DNA from: Bacteroidota bacterium | Lineage (GTDB): Bacteria; Bacteroidota; Bacteroidia; AKYH767-A; 2013-40CM-41-45 | Direction of reading: 5' to 3' | Length of the DNA: 64,000 nucleotides | Assembly: GCA_026391945.1 (NCBI GenBank) | Contig: JAPLDA010000077.1 | Span: 14,553-78,552 of the forward strand | Part shown: positions 37,587 to 48,527 of the stretch, in pieces | Layout: every line of letters begins with the position of its first letter | How positions within the stretch are numbered: position 1 is the stretch's first letter | Position numbers and translations under genes: made by a program | The notes under the pieces: generated by a model | Told to the model about the DNA's origin: nothing | Databases searched by the model: none | Seen by the model: the letters and a program-made list of their open reading frames with translations, nothing else

Positions 37587-39539
37587 TTACCTGGTGACGG
37601 TATCCACGACTTCCTGGTAAGTTTTCACAGGATATTTCTGGCGCAGCGATCCGATCCATTCTTTTTCGAGGTAACCCTGGTAATCAGCGGTCACCAGGCC
37701 TTTTGCCTCCTCGATCGTTTTCGGCTGGGAAGGCAGAACTTTTTTCACATCCACAAAAATCACCTGGTTGTTTTTCTTCATGTCCTTCGTTATTCCGGCA
37801 ACCCATTGAATGGAATCAATAATTTCATTGTCGCCTTTTGAGTACTTGGCGGATTTCACCTGAAGGTTCAACTGTGAACTTTTATTGATGCGGGAAAGAA
37901 GCGTATCCACGTCATCAATTTTTTTCATCTGTTTACGAACATCCTTCGCAACATCAGCATTGGCGCACATATAAATGGTAGCATCAACACGATCGTTCCA
38001 TTTATAGTTGTTTTTATTTTTTTCGTAAAACTCCTTTAGCCCGGCTGTATCCTTCACAGCCTTCGACCACACTTTTTTATCGGTGAGTTCGAAAAGCAGG
38101 ATGCCATCGCGGTATTCCTGCATCAGGTTCCGGAAATCAGGATACAATGAATCGAGGTGTTTTTCTTCAAAGGCAATGCAACTCTCGTTTACCCATTCAC
38201 TGTAACTGTTGTTTGCCAGTGCCTGTGGTGATGAACTGGTTTTATGAGACTGGTGATCCTCGAGGTATTTTGAAAAATCCTGCTGGGAAAAAGATGCATT
38301 GGAAAGCGTGAACAGGACATTTTTTAAATTCGCCGCCTGGTCTGCTGTCCATTTTCCCTGTACAAGAGAGGAGTCCACAATTTTCATGAACTCATCTTTG
38401 GCCTTCGGCATTTCTTTGAAATTGTATTTCTGTTTGATCCTGTTGATCATGGAAGATTTACTCAACTCTGATCGCGAGTCTTTACCCACTTTTGATTTCA
38501 GATCCGATTGAAGTTCCTCGTATGTTCCAAGCGGTTTCTTTTCCAGGAGCTTGATGATGTGCCAGCCATAGGAAGTCTTGATGGGGTTTGAATAATCATT
38601 GACATTTTTAATTTCGAAGGCAACTTTTTCAAATTCGGGAACCATGCGGCCCGTTCCAAAAACCGGAAGCACGCCTCCGTTCTTGGCAGAGCCTTGGTCG
38701 TCAGAAAATTTCTTTGCGAGCTCATCAAAATTTTCACCGGCTTTCAGTTTGCCGTAGATCTCGTTGATCTTCTGCACCGCTGCCAGCGAATCTTCTGCTT
38801 TGATTCCGTTTGCAGCTTTCACCATGATGTGAGCCACTTTTACTTCACCTTGCGCCGGACGGGTTTCCGCCACTTTTATCAAATGATAACCGAAGCGTGT
38901 TCTCACAGGCATAGAGATCTCACCGGCCTTGGTATTGTAAGCAGCCGATTCGAAAGGATAAACCATTTGCATGGCGGTAAAATAGCCAAGGTCACCGCCA
39001 TTTTCCTTCGCAGAAGGATCGTCGGATTTCTGCCTTGCAACAGAAGCGAAATCGGCGCCCTTGAGAATTTCCTGGCGGATTTTGGTTGCTTTGTTGTACG
39101 CTTCGAGGGTATCTTTCGGCAAAGCATCCGGAGAAAGTTTCACCAGTATGTGGCTGGCGCGAATGTCAGTCTTCAGGCGGCCATACGCTTCCTTCAGGAG
39201 ATTGTCGGTTACTTCTTTATCCACGAGGTAAGGCTGAGCCAGCTGTTTACGATAGCCCATCAACTCATCGGTGAAAGATTTTGCTGTGTCCATTCCGAGT
39301 TCCATAGCTTCTTTCACCTTCAGTTTGTAGTTGATATACAAATTCAGGTAATCGTTCACCGACTTCTTATCAAAAGAAGATTCTTTGGTGTTGTTTTTTC
39401 TGAATACCCGTTCGAATTCACTTTTGCTGATGTTTTCTCCTGCAATGTTGAGAATGACAGGATCTTTTTTCTCCTGCGCAAACGTAGCGGAAGAAATCGA
39501 AAGGATGCCTGCGATTAAAATACAAACGTTCTTGTTCAT
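37587..39539 (-). CDS. Peptidylprolyl isomerase (SurA-like, two parvulin domains)
   Basis: IRASHILV, SDDPSAKENGGDLGYF, RTRFGYHLIK, VAHIMV, RMVPEFE. Signal peptide from ATG 39539. Confidence 0.92.
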   Translation of the reverse strand: MNKNVCILIAGILSISSATFAQEKKDPVILNIAGENISKSEFERVFRKNNTKESSFDKKSVNDYLNLYINYKLKVKEAMELGMDTAKSFTDELMGYRKQLAQPYLVDKEVTDNLLKEAYGRLKTDIRASHILVKLSPDALPKDTLEAYNKATKIRQEILKGADFASVARQKSDDPSAKENGGDLGYFTAMQMVYPFESAAYNTKAGEISMPVRTRFGYHLIKVAETRPAQGEVKVAHIMVKAANGIKAEDSLAAVQKINEIYGKLKAGENFDELAKKFSDDQGSAKNGGVLPVFGTGRMVPEFEKVAFEIKNVNDYSNPIKTSYGWHIIKLLEKKPLGTYEELQSDLKSKVGKDSRSELSKSSMINRIKQKYNFKEMPKAKDEFMKIVDSSLVQGKWTADQAANLKNVLFTLSNASFSQQDFSKYLEDHQSHKTSSSPQALANNSYSEWVNESCIAFEEKHLDSLYPDFRNLMQEYRDGILLFELTDKKVWSKAVKDTAGLKEFYEKNKNNYKWNDRVDATIYMCANADVAKDVRKQMKKIDDVDTLLSRINKSSQLNLQVKSAKYSKGDNEIIDSIQWVAGITKDMKKNNQVIFVDVKKVLPSQPKTIEEAKGLVTADYQGYLEKEWIGSLRQKYPVKTYQEVVDTVTR

Positions 39540-39566
39540 AAGTTGAGAGATCATTTTTTAGAGGCG

Positions 39567-39574
39567 CAAACTTA
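39567..39574 (-). promoter_or_regulatory. -7 promoter element (TAAGTTTG) for the PPIase cluster
   Basis: TAnnTTTG match 27 nt upstream of the ATG at 39539. Confidence 0.55.
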
Positions 39575-39652
39575 CATGATTTGGTTCTGAAACACAACAC
39601 TTCCGGGGATTAAACTTGGCTGCCGGATGAACGAAGGATGAGGAAGGTAGTT

Positions 39653-39720
39653 GATAGTTAAGAGTTAAGAGTCAAGAGTCAAGAACCAAGAGTCAAGAAC
39701 CAAGAGTCAAGAACCAAGAG
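39653..39720. repeat. Heptamer tandem array with a 14-nt higher-order unit
   Basis: gatagtt aagagtt aagagtc aagagtc aagaacc aagagtc aagaacc aagagtc aagaacc aagag. Confidence 0.9.
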
Positions 39721-39825
39721 GTGGTACCAGGAACTCAATTGACTTAATCAACCAATCAGCCCTGGCCTTTAACTTTCGGGATGATCAGTTATCAGACGAG
39801 GAATCGTGCAGTACGGATGATAAAA

Positions 39826-39941
39826 AATTCCCATCACCCTTCCGAAGAATTTCTTCCATTCAGGTGATGGGAATTAATACCTCGACGTCGCTCGGGACAG
39901 GTTCGACTGAATGATTTCAGTGCGCCCCGCAAAGGCGGGGC
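39826..39941. other. Cluster of inverted repeats 3' of the DinB gene
   Basis: 13-bp IR AATTCCCATCACC/GGTGATGGGAATT (39826-39838, 39863-39875) and GCCCCGC-AAAG-GCGGGGC (39924-39941). Confidence 0.7.
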
Positions 39942-39969
39942 TTCTAAAATCATAGTCTCATTAAAAAAT

Positions 39970-40506
39970 TCAGTTCGCTTTCGCCATCATGGCCTCTTCC
40001 ACTTCTGCTGTCGGTCCGTACAGTTCAGGCTGAACAGCACCAACAATGCGGTAGTATGAACTTAACTGGCCACGGTGATGAATGGTATCGAAAAACATCA
40101 TCCAGCAAAATTGCATGAGAGGAACTTCCATAATTTTCATCGGGCCCCAGAAAGCAGGAATCTTTTTGTTTAACCAATCGTTTTCACTGCAGTTTTTAAC
40201 AAGCTCCATCAATTTCTGAGAGTTGTCTTCCACATCTTTTGCAGCAGCCTCCACTGATATGTAAATAGCCGGGCTATTCAGGTCAAACTTACCTTCGTTT
40301 ACAAGATTTACTTTTCCATCCTTCAAAGCCTGGCAAACTTCATTGGCATGAGGACCGATGTGATTTACAATTTCCCATGGTGAACGGAATTTCGGATGAT
40401 GATGTACATTTAATTTGCTGATGTCAGCTGGTAATGAACGGAAAGCCTTTGCAGTAATGGCACTTTCGTGTTTCCATGAGTTGATAAAGAATTCCTGGTT
40501 GGTCAT
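39970..40506 (-). CDS. DinB/YfiT-like family protein
   Basis: SPWEIVNHI and DTIHHRGQLSSYYRIVG...PELYGP motifs. Confidence 0.88.
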   Translation of the reverse strand: MTNQEFFINSWKHESAITAKAFRSLPADISKLNVHHHPKFRSPWEIVNHIGPHANEVCQALKDGKVNLVNEGKFDLNSPAIYISVEAAAKDVEDNSQKLMELVKNCSENDWLNKKIPAFWGPMKIMEVPLMQFCWMMFFDTIHHRGQLSSYYRIVGAVQPELYGPTAEVEEAMMAKAN

Positions 40507-40746
40507 GACGTTTGAGTTTTAATGATGGTTATAATGATAGGATAGATAAATTGAATTGATTTTTCTTATTGCGAATCTACTCAATCTTTCTCCTGATAAT
40601 GGCCTCTTAAAAAAAATACCGGTAAAATCCGTCAACATCATTTTATTATCTAAAAAAATGGAGGATAGGTGACGGAAGGGAGTCAAGAATTAGGATCAGA
40701 GGCGGTGAACTCCATCATCTAATTGGCTAATCATGCAATCAGCTAA

Positions 40747-42234
<1,488 letters not shown>

Positions 42235-42252
42235 TTATAAAAAAGTTGCACG

Positions 42253-42260
42253 CAAATCTA
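42253..42260 (-). promoter_or_regulatory. -7 promoter element (TAGATTTG) of guaB
   Basis: TAnnTTTG match 30 nt upstream of the ATG at 42222. Confidence 0.55.
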
Positions 42261-42303
42261 CAGCTTTTTGTCCACTAAAACTTCGTTGATCAGGATCTCA
42301 TTT

Positions 42304-42341
42304 AAAAAAAAACTCCTCCGGATTATCGTCCGGAGGAGTTT
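42304..42341 (-). terminator. Intrinsic terminator of the gliding-motility-CTD gene
   Basis: 13-bp stem AAACTCCTCCGGA/TCCGGAGGAGTTT, followed by a T tract on the minus strand. Confidence 0.88.
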
Positions 42342-42358
42342 CAAAATGGTTCAAACAC

Positions 42359-45300
42359 TCAACGAATGAGTGTCAATGTGCCTTTCCGTTCGATATCCGT
42401 ACCGTCGGTCGCTGTGACTTTGAAAAAATAAACATACACGCCATCGGGAACTGATTTGCCTTTGTAGGTTCCGTCCCAGCCTTTTTTCGGATCGGAATTA
42501 TGAAACACAAGTTCTCCCCACCGATTGTAAATATCGATGTTGAAAGAAGATCCTTTCGTAAATGCTTTGAAAGGATTGAACTCATTGTTCAGGGAAGAAA
42601 TATCAGGATGAAAAGCATTCGGAACAAAAACGATCGGTTTCTGATCGACACATACATTGTTGGAACGGCTTGTATCACGGAAGCCAAACATATTTCCGTT
42701 ACCCTCATATGCTTCTACGTAATAACAAAACCTTCCATCCGAATAAATCTTATCAGAAACACGGTCGTTCACCACTCCGGAACCGAAAGCAACAAAGTTA
42801 TTTTGTCCATCAGGAATTCCATCAATAGACCGGAAGTACTGGTAATGATCCACGCCACCGAGCCAGATTTCATAATCATTCCATTCAAGGGTATTGGAAA
42901 TATCATCGTTGGCGGTTACTGAAAGATAAATGGTTCTCGCCACATCGGACGTAAATGTTTCCTGCGAGCAACTGTCAACAGCAACCACCTTATAGAAATA
43001 ACTTCGTTCACTGGTTTTCGCAGTCAGGTCGGTATAGGAAAAATACGGGTTCAGCGGGTTGGCAGGAATCGTAGCAATGTTAACATAACTTCCCGGCTTG
43101 TTCGATTCTGAACGAAGAATCCGGTAGCTGATGATGGCAGCAGTAGTATCCACATAAGCTTTAATGGTTGCCTGGTTATCGCCGGTGATGGTAGCTGTAT
43201 GGATGTAAGAGAAATTGGGTTCAGGCAAAATGTGAGCGGTGATGCAGACAATGTTAGAGGTGGATGTACGCGATACCTGTCCTGATGCATCCACATTCAC
43301 GGCACGGATGAAATAACAATAATTTGCATTCTGTGTCAAATGCGTATGCTCATACGTCAACTGAACCGTCGTGTCGAGCATGAATGCAGGGCCGCCGTTC
43401 ATACTGACAAAAATATTGTACTTCACTACACCCGGCCAGCCGGTGTAAGCATTCCAGTGTAATGTGATGGAAGATGCGCAGACATCGAGTGAGCCGGTGA
43501 GGTAAATCGAATTCTGCGGCACACACATACCGCTCGGGTTCCCGCAACTATCGATCGCAAAAATTCTGATCGGCACAGAACCTACGGTAGCATCGAGGGC
43601 AGATGTATAAAAAATATTGTTGATGCCGATCACCGTATCCACCGGTGTCCATGAACTTCCAACCTGTGTCAGCACAACATATGCGTGGGTATCCAGTGAA
43701 GAATCAACAGCCCAGGCAGAGACGGCAAAACCATTGGCGTCAACAGAAACGGAATCCAGCAAAGGAACATCAGGAGGAATCAGGTCCTGGAAAACATCAC
43801 CGCCTACACTGGAAACAGAACGGCAGCCGGATGAATCCTGAACTTCCACACGATACTTCACGGTATCGTTGCAAATGGTAACCGGGTCATCATACGTAAA
43901 ACTTCCTGCGTTGATGTCAACAGAATCAATCAATGTCCAGTTGCCAGGTGGATATTCACGATAGATGTAATAATAATTTCCATTGGTAGGGATCAAAGGA
44001 TTTCGTGTTGAATTCCAGGTGAGATGAGCAAACCCGTTTCCCGTATTCACAGCCGTGAGCCTCATAGCCTGGACTGTATCGCCGCGGTCTCCGTTGTTAT
44101 AATAATTGTTACAGCCGGCCCGAACCATCATGTGATAATAGGCTGCGTTGAAATCAGCGTTCGCGCCAACATGAGTGTAACTGGTCTGTGCAAAATTAGT
44201 GATACTGTCAAGTAATGTAAATGGCCCGGCTGCATTCGGCGAATAATAGATATCATATGCCTGAAAACTTCCTGATGTATCCAAACCGGGAACCCAGCTG
44301 AGCGTAACATCTCCATTGGGCTCAACCGCAACACAACGTATGCTCGGTGGCGATGCCAGTGGCGGCGGAAGAACAACAATGGTAACAGTGGCGGTGGAAA
44401 TTCCCGGGATGGGGCAAAAATCATCCGTGAACTTGAATACAAAATGATACACGTTGGAAAATGTCCTGCAGTTCTGGTTGAAGCCAAGCTGATCGCAGGA
44501 AGTATTCCAATCGAAATTAATCTGGTAGTTGATAAGAGGAGAATACGTCAACGGCGATGGGCTTAATGTAGCACATGGCGGATGCAGACAAGGTCCGTTC
44601 GCATTGGTAAATGTAGGATCAAACTCCAGCCCGGACGCAGTTAGCTGGAGGTGTTGAAAATTGAATGCTGAATCAGCATCTAGGTCTCTTCCATTAAAAA
44701 TAAAATGGACATTCTGACCAGCGTATACGGTATCCACATACAATCCGGGTAGTCCGGTTGCGGGGTCAATAAATGGCGGGAACAATTCAGGCGGATTGTT
44801 GAAGAGAGGAGGCACACTGGTATATATCATCGGCGGACATTGTCCAAGCACGACCTGGATATCACGGAAAATCTCTGCCACCTTCTGCCCGCATTTGTAT
44901 GCCGTTACTTTTATCACAAATACAAAAGTTCCCTGGGTAAAAGAAGTGTAACTGACTTCACCGCTCAGTGAATCAAGATGAACATTAACATTCAGCGGAT
45001 TCTGAAGAGGGCCTGGAAGCGGGTTATTATATGTGTATGGTGCCTGATAAGGAATGGTTGGAGCATTGAATGTTGTTGTGCCGGTGTTGCTGTTTAAAGG
45101 ATGATCCCATTCATACACCAGCGAATCCAACTCATCATCCACAGCATTGTGATTGAAAACAAACGGGTATCCTGTGCAGATAATCGTTCTCGGAATCTCG
45201 TAAAATCTAGGCGAGTTATCGTAACAGGGATTTGCATTCCTTCCATTGTATGGGTACATCTTTGCTCTCAGGGTAAAACTCGCCTGGGAAATGCTTAGAT

Positions 45301-45763
45301 TTAAAATGGCCGCATTGCGGCAACAGTTGGTATACCAAAAAGTCCAGCCGGCAGCCGGTGGCACACCATTCAGAGCAACAGGAGTATGACTTGAATAAAC
45401 AAATTCTTCCACAGCACCTGCCTGTCCCTGCGGATTAGCACAAGTGATAGAAGGACCAGCCGCATTACAGACCGGCGAGTTATCCGTTTGAGAATCCAAT
45501 GTCATGTTGATGCCACCGGAATGCCCGGGAGCATCCGTGTAAATAATTGCTGAAGGCGGACCGGTAGCACCATTGCAATCGCGGTACAACTTCATATGAA
45601 AAACATAGTTGCCGCTGGCAAGACACGTCCATGTGATTTCTCCACCCATCAGGTGAGAAGCTGATAAGGATTCAGTAAACAGCAGGAAAAATATGCTGAT
45701 GAATAGAAACCTATTTTTGATCACGGTCTGTGATAAGTTTTGGGATACATCCAGAGTGTTCAA
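42359..45763 (-). CDS. T9SS type B (gliding motility-associated CTD, CHU_C) surface protein with FN3-like domains
   Basis: N-terminal ASHLMGGEITW...KLYRDC; C-terminal FVPNAF...IYNRWGELVF...WDGTY...GVYVY...KGTLTLIR. Confidence 0.9.
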   Translation of the reverse strand: MNTLDVSQNLSQTVIKNRFLFISIFFLLFTESLSASHLMGGEITWTCLASGNYVFHMKLYRDCNGATGPPSAIIYTDAPGHSGGINMTLDSQTDNSPVCNAAGPSITCANPQGQAGAVEEFVYSSHTPVALNGVPPAAGWTFWYTNCCRNAAILNLSISQASFTLRAKMYPYNGRNANPCYDNSPRFYEIPRTIICTGYPFVFNHNAVDDELDSLVYEWDHPLNSNTGTTTFNAPTIPYQAPYTYNNPLPGPLQNPLNVNVHLDSLSGEVSYTSFTQGTFVFVIKVTAYKCGQKVAEIFRDIQVVLGQCPPMIYTSVPPLFNNPPELFPPFIDPATGLPGLYVDTVYAGQNVHFIFNGRDLDADSAFNFQHLQLTASGLEFDPTFTNANGPCLHPPCATLSPSPLTYSPLINYQINFDWNTSCDQLGFNQNCRTFSNVYHFVFKFTDDFCPIPGISTATVTIVVLPPPLASPPSIRCVAVEPNGDVTLSWVPGLDTSGSFQAYDIYYSPNAAGPFTLLDSITNFAQTSYTHVGANADFNAAYYHMMVRAGCNNYYNNGDRGDTVQAMRLTAVNTGNGFAHLTWNSTRNPLIPTNGNYYYIYREYPPGNWTLIDSVDINAGSFTYDDPVTICNDTVKYRVEVQDSSGCRSVSSVGGDVFQDLIPPDVPLLDSVSVDANGFAVSAWAVDSSLDTHAYVVLTQVGSSWTPVDTVIGINNIFYTSALDATVGSVPIRIFAIDSCGNPSGMCVPQNSIYLTGSLDVCASSITLHWNAYTGWPGVVKYNIFVSMNGGPAFMLDTTVQLTYEHTHLTQNANYCYFIRAVNVDASGQVSRTSTSNIVCITAHILPEPNFSYIHTATITGDNQATIKAYVDTTAAIISYRILRSESNKPGSYVNIATIPANPLNPYFSYTDLTAKTSERSYFYKVVAVDSCSQETFTSDVARTIYLSVTANDDISNTLEWNDYEIWLGGVDHYQYFRSIDGIPDGQNNFVAFGSGVVNDRVSDKIYSDGRFCYYVEAYEGNGNMFGFRDTSRSNNVCVDQKPIVFVPNAFHPDISSLNNEFNPFKAFTKGSSFNIDIYNRWGELVFHNSDPKKGWDGTYKGKSVPDGVYVYFFKVTATDGTDIERKGTLTLIR

Positions 45764-45791
45764 AATTAATCAATAAAGTATCAAATCACAA

Positions 45792-47078
45792 CTATTTTTT
45801 CCCGACAATGATTTCATAAAAATCTCCGGGATCGAGGTATTTTTGAGCCAAAATCATCAGTTCTTCTGCTTTGATGGTGCGTACAGTTTCGAGGTAGCGA
45901 TAATAGTAATCATAGCCCAGGCCATACAGCATCAGGCCTTTCCAGCGGTCAGCGAGGTGAAAGGCTCCATCAATGCCTTTTAAAAAACTCCCTGTCAAAA
46001 AGTTTTTAACCATGAGGAGTTCATTTCCTTCCAGTGGTTTCTTTCGCAAAAGTTCCACTTCTTTATAAATTTCTTTTACCGCTTTTGAGGTGACCTCTGC
46101 TCCCACTTCCGTGGAAATAAAAAAACATCCTCCTTCTTTCATCGAGACCATTGCCGACCCGATGCCGTAGGTGTATCCCTTGTCTTCACGGATGTTGTTC
46201 ATCAGTCGCGAACCAAAGTAGCCGCCGAGCGCCGTATTTAAAATCGTCATGCCGATGTAATCCGGATGTGTTTTATTGAAAAGCACTTTCCCGATCCGGA
46301 TGGCCGACTGCACCGCTCCTTTTTTTTCTACGACGTGTTTTTTATCCAGGTGAGAACTGATATCGGTTACCGTTTCTTTTTGTTGTGTCCCCTTCCATTC
46401 ACCTGATCCGAAAAATTTATTCAGCAAAGAGATGACTTCAGCGGTAACATTTCCTGAAACGATGATGCTGCAATTTGTACTTGAATAATTTTTTCTGTGA
46501 TAAGACATCAACGGTTCCCGTTGCAGCTTTTCATAATCAACGGGTTTCACAAAATAACCATACGGATGACTGGCACCGAAAATAACTTCGTGGAATTTTC
46601 TCCTGGCCACAGCGTTCACGCGTTCACCTTCCACGATCAGGCGCTGCCTGTTGTTCTGCCTGAAGACCGACAGCTCATTCTCAGGAAACTCAGGCTCCAT
46701 GAGGATCTCACGGAAAACAGGAAGCGTACTTTCCAAATGTTTGTTCAACGTAAAAAGATTCAGAGAACAATAATCGGATGACTCTTCAGTTTCATAAAAT
46801 GAACCGTAGCCATCAATCATCTCCGCCAGTTCCTGTGCATTGTGATGTTTACTTCCTTCACTCATCATGCGGTTGGTGGCAGAGAAAACAAGCGGTTGCG
46901 ATGCATCAAATCCGCGGTTCATGAAAAGCATTTCCACTTTCACCACATCCTGGAAACCGGCACGGATGGAATAGACAGGAATTCCATTATCCAAAGCGGA
47001 TTTTTCCACTTCCTGAATTTTGATGTGATCAAATTCTTCCTGTGCCGGCGCTTTCGCTCTGTCAATTGACTGGATCAT
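45792..47078 (-). CDS. M16 (pitrilysin) family peptidase, non-catalytic subunit
   Basis: GGYFGSRLMNNIREDKGYTYGI; no HXXEH. Start placed at ATG 47078 (MIQSIDR), since the longer ORF overlaps the upstream gene. Confidence 0.88.
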   Translation of the reverse strand: MIQSIDRAKAPAQEEFDHIKIQEVEKSALDNGIPVYSIRAGFQDVVKVEMLFMNRGFDASQPLVFSATNRMMSEGSKHHNAQELAEMIDGYGSFYETEESSDYCSLNLFTLNKHLESTLPVFREILMEPEFPENELSVFRQNNRQRLIVEGERVNAVARRKFHEVIFGASHPYGYFVKPVDYEKLQREPLMSYHRKNYSSTNCSIIVSGNVTAEVISLLNKFFGSGEWKGTQQKETVTDISSHLDKKHVVEKKGAVQSAIRIGKVLFNKTHPDYIGMTILNTALGGYFGSRLMNNIREDKGYTYGIGSAMVSMKEGGCFFISTEVGAEVTSKAVKEIYKEVELLRKKPLEGNELLMVKNFLTGSFLKGIDGAFHLADRWKGLMLYGLGYDYYYRYLETVRTIKAEELMILAQKYLDPGDFYEIIVGKK

Positions 47079-47091
47079 AAAAATATTTTTC

Positions 47092-48330
47092 TTATTTTTT
47101 TGCGTGGTAATAGAGTACGGAACAATTGGTATCCCTGAAAATTTCTTCAGCACTTTTCCGGATCTCCTCACCGGTAACCTGCCTGTACAATTCTATTTCT
47201 GTATTCACGAGGTCAGCATCTCCCATGTATTCGGCAATGGCGAGGTTGAGCGCCCGTCCTGACAAATCAATTTCGGAAAACACCATCGTAGACTCCACTT
47301 TGTTTTTCACCTTTCTCATTTCTTCCGCATCAATTGTTTTCTCCATCACCTTTGCCAGTTCTGCATCGATGGCTTTTTCAGCATCCTTCATGACAACACC
47401 TTTCACCAGTTTGCCTTCCACCACGACGAGGCCGCGGTCGAAATCCGCAGTTGCATACGCATTGATTTCGGAAAACAGTTTTTGTTTTTTCACCAGTTCA
47501 TGGTAGAGCCTTGACGATTTTCCCCTGGAAAGAATATCGGTGAGCAAATCCACAGCATAAAATTCTTTATCAAGACGGGAACAACAATGGTATGCTTTGT
47601 AAATCGAGTCATACGGAACATCGCGTTCCACGGAAAGTTCCCTTCGCTCTGTCTGTGCCGGCTCAACAGGATACGGCTTCCTCTTTTCAAATGTTCTTTT
47701 GATTTCACCGAACCATGCTTCCGCCCTCCTGTACACCTCATCCGTCTTTACATCTCCGGCCACCACCATGATGGCATTATCCGGGCAATAAAAACGATTG
47801 AAAAAAGATTTCACATCATCGAGTGTTGCATGTTCGATGTGGGAAATTTCCTTGCCGATGGTGGCCCACTGATATGGATGTACCTTGTACGCCAGCGGTC
47901 GAAGCAGCAGCCACACATCTCCATAAGGCTGGTTGAAATAACGTTGCTTGAATTCTTCAATCACCACGTTACGCTGAACTTCAAGGCTCTTCTTTGAAAA
48001 GGCAAGGCTCAGCATCCGGTCGCTCTCCAGCCAGAAAGCCGTTTCCAGGTTTTTAGCCGGAAGCGTCAGGTAATAATTGGTGATGTCGTTGTTGGTAAAA
48101 GCGTTGTTGTCGCCCCCGGCGATCTGCAGCGGACTGTCGTAATCAGGGATGTTCACGGATCCGCCAAACATGAGGTGTTCGAAGAGGTGTGCGAAACCCG
48201 TCTTCGCAGGATCTTCATCACGCGCACCCACTTTGTACAGGATATTTACCGTCGCAAGAGGCGTTGAAGAATCTTCGTGAACCAATACGGTTAACCCGTT
48301 CGATAAGGTAGTTTTATTGAATTGAATCAT
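47092..48330 (-). CDS. M16 (pitrilysin) family zinc peptidase, catalytic subunit
   Basis: LSNGLTV, KTGFAHLFEHLMFGGS (HXXEH), NAFT, WLESDRM. Confidence 0.93.
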   Translation of the reverse strand: MIQFNKTTLSNGLTVLVHEDSSTPLATVNILYKVGARDEDPAKTGFAHLFEHLMFGGSVNIPDYDSPLQIAGGDNNAFTNNDITNYYLTLPAKNLETAFWLESDRMLSLAFSKKSLEVQRNVVIEEFKQRYFNQPYGDVWLLLRPLAYKVHPYQWATIGKEISHIEHATLDDVKSFFNRFYCPDNAIMVVAGDVKTDEVYRRAEAWFGEIKRTFEKRKPYPVEPAQTERRELSVERDVPYDSIYKAYHCCSRLDKEFYAVDLLTDILSRGKSSRLYHELVKKQKLFSEINAYATADFDRGLVVVEGKLVKGVVMKDAEKAIDAELAKVMEKTIDAEEMRKVKNKVESTMVFSEIDLSGRALNLAIAEYMGDADLVNTEIELYRQVTGEEIRKSAEEIFRDTNCSVLYYHAKK

Positions 48331-48407
48331 AGATGGCAAAACAAGAATGCTGCAGGAAACAAATGATGAACACCCGGTTTAATCATCCACCGGAAAAAAT
48401 AATCCGC

Positions 48408-48415
48408 CAAAGATA
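48408..48415 (-). promoter_or_regulatory. -7 promoter element (TATCTTTG) for the M16 pair
   Basis: TAnnTTTG match on the minus strand upstream of 48330. Confidence 0.5.
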
Positions 48416-48527
48416 ATCGTTTTGTTTTTCGTCAGCAGATAAAGTAATGAACATTTCGAAGTCCTGTTCCGTTGAAAATATACTGAACACCATTCACTTT
48501 TAAAAAAATTTTGAAATAAAAATCACC

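Noticed and set aside
38694-39518. 274-aa plus-strand ORF antisense to the PPIase
   Set aside because: Shadow ORF that mirrors the codon pattern of the real gene; no recognisable domain.
39653-39720. Possible CRISPR array at the tandem repeats
   Set aside because: Units are 7/14 nt with no unique spacers, and there are no cas genes. No CRISPR-like repeat-spacer pattern was seen anywhere in the window.
40625-40680. Imperfect TCCGTCA/TGACGGA fold-back between guaB and dinB as an ncRNA
   Set aside because: Pairing is weak and interrupted; at most a terminator-like element, with no recognisable RNA family.
45792-47078. Second M16 gene as a pseudogene because it lacks HXXEH
   Set aside because: Catalytic plus non-catalytic subunit pairs are normal for bacterial M16B peptidases, and the ORF is intact.
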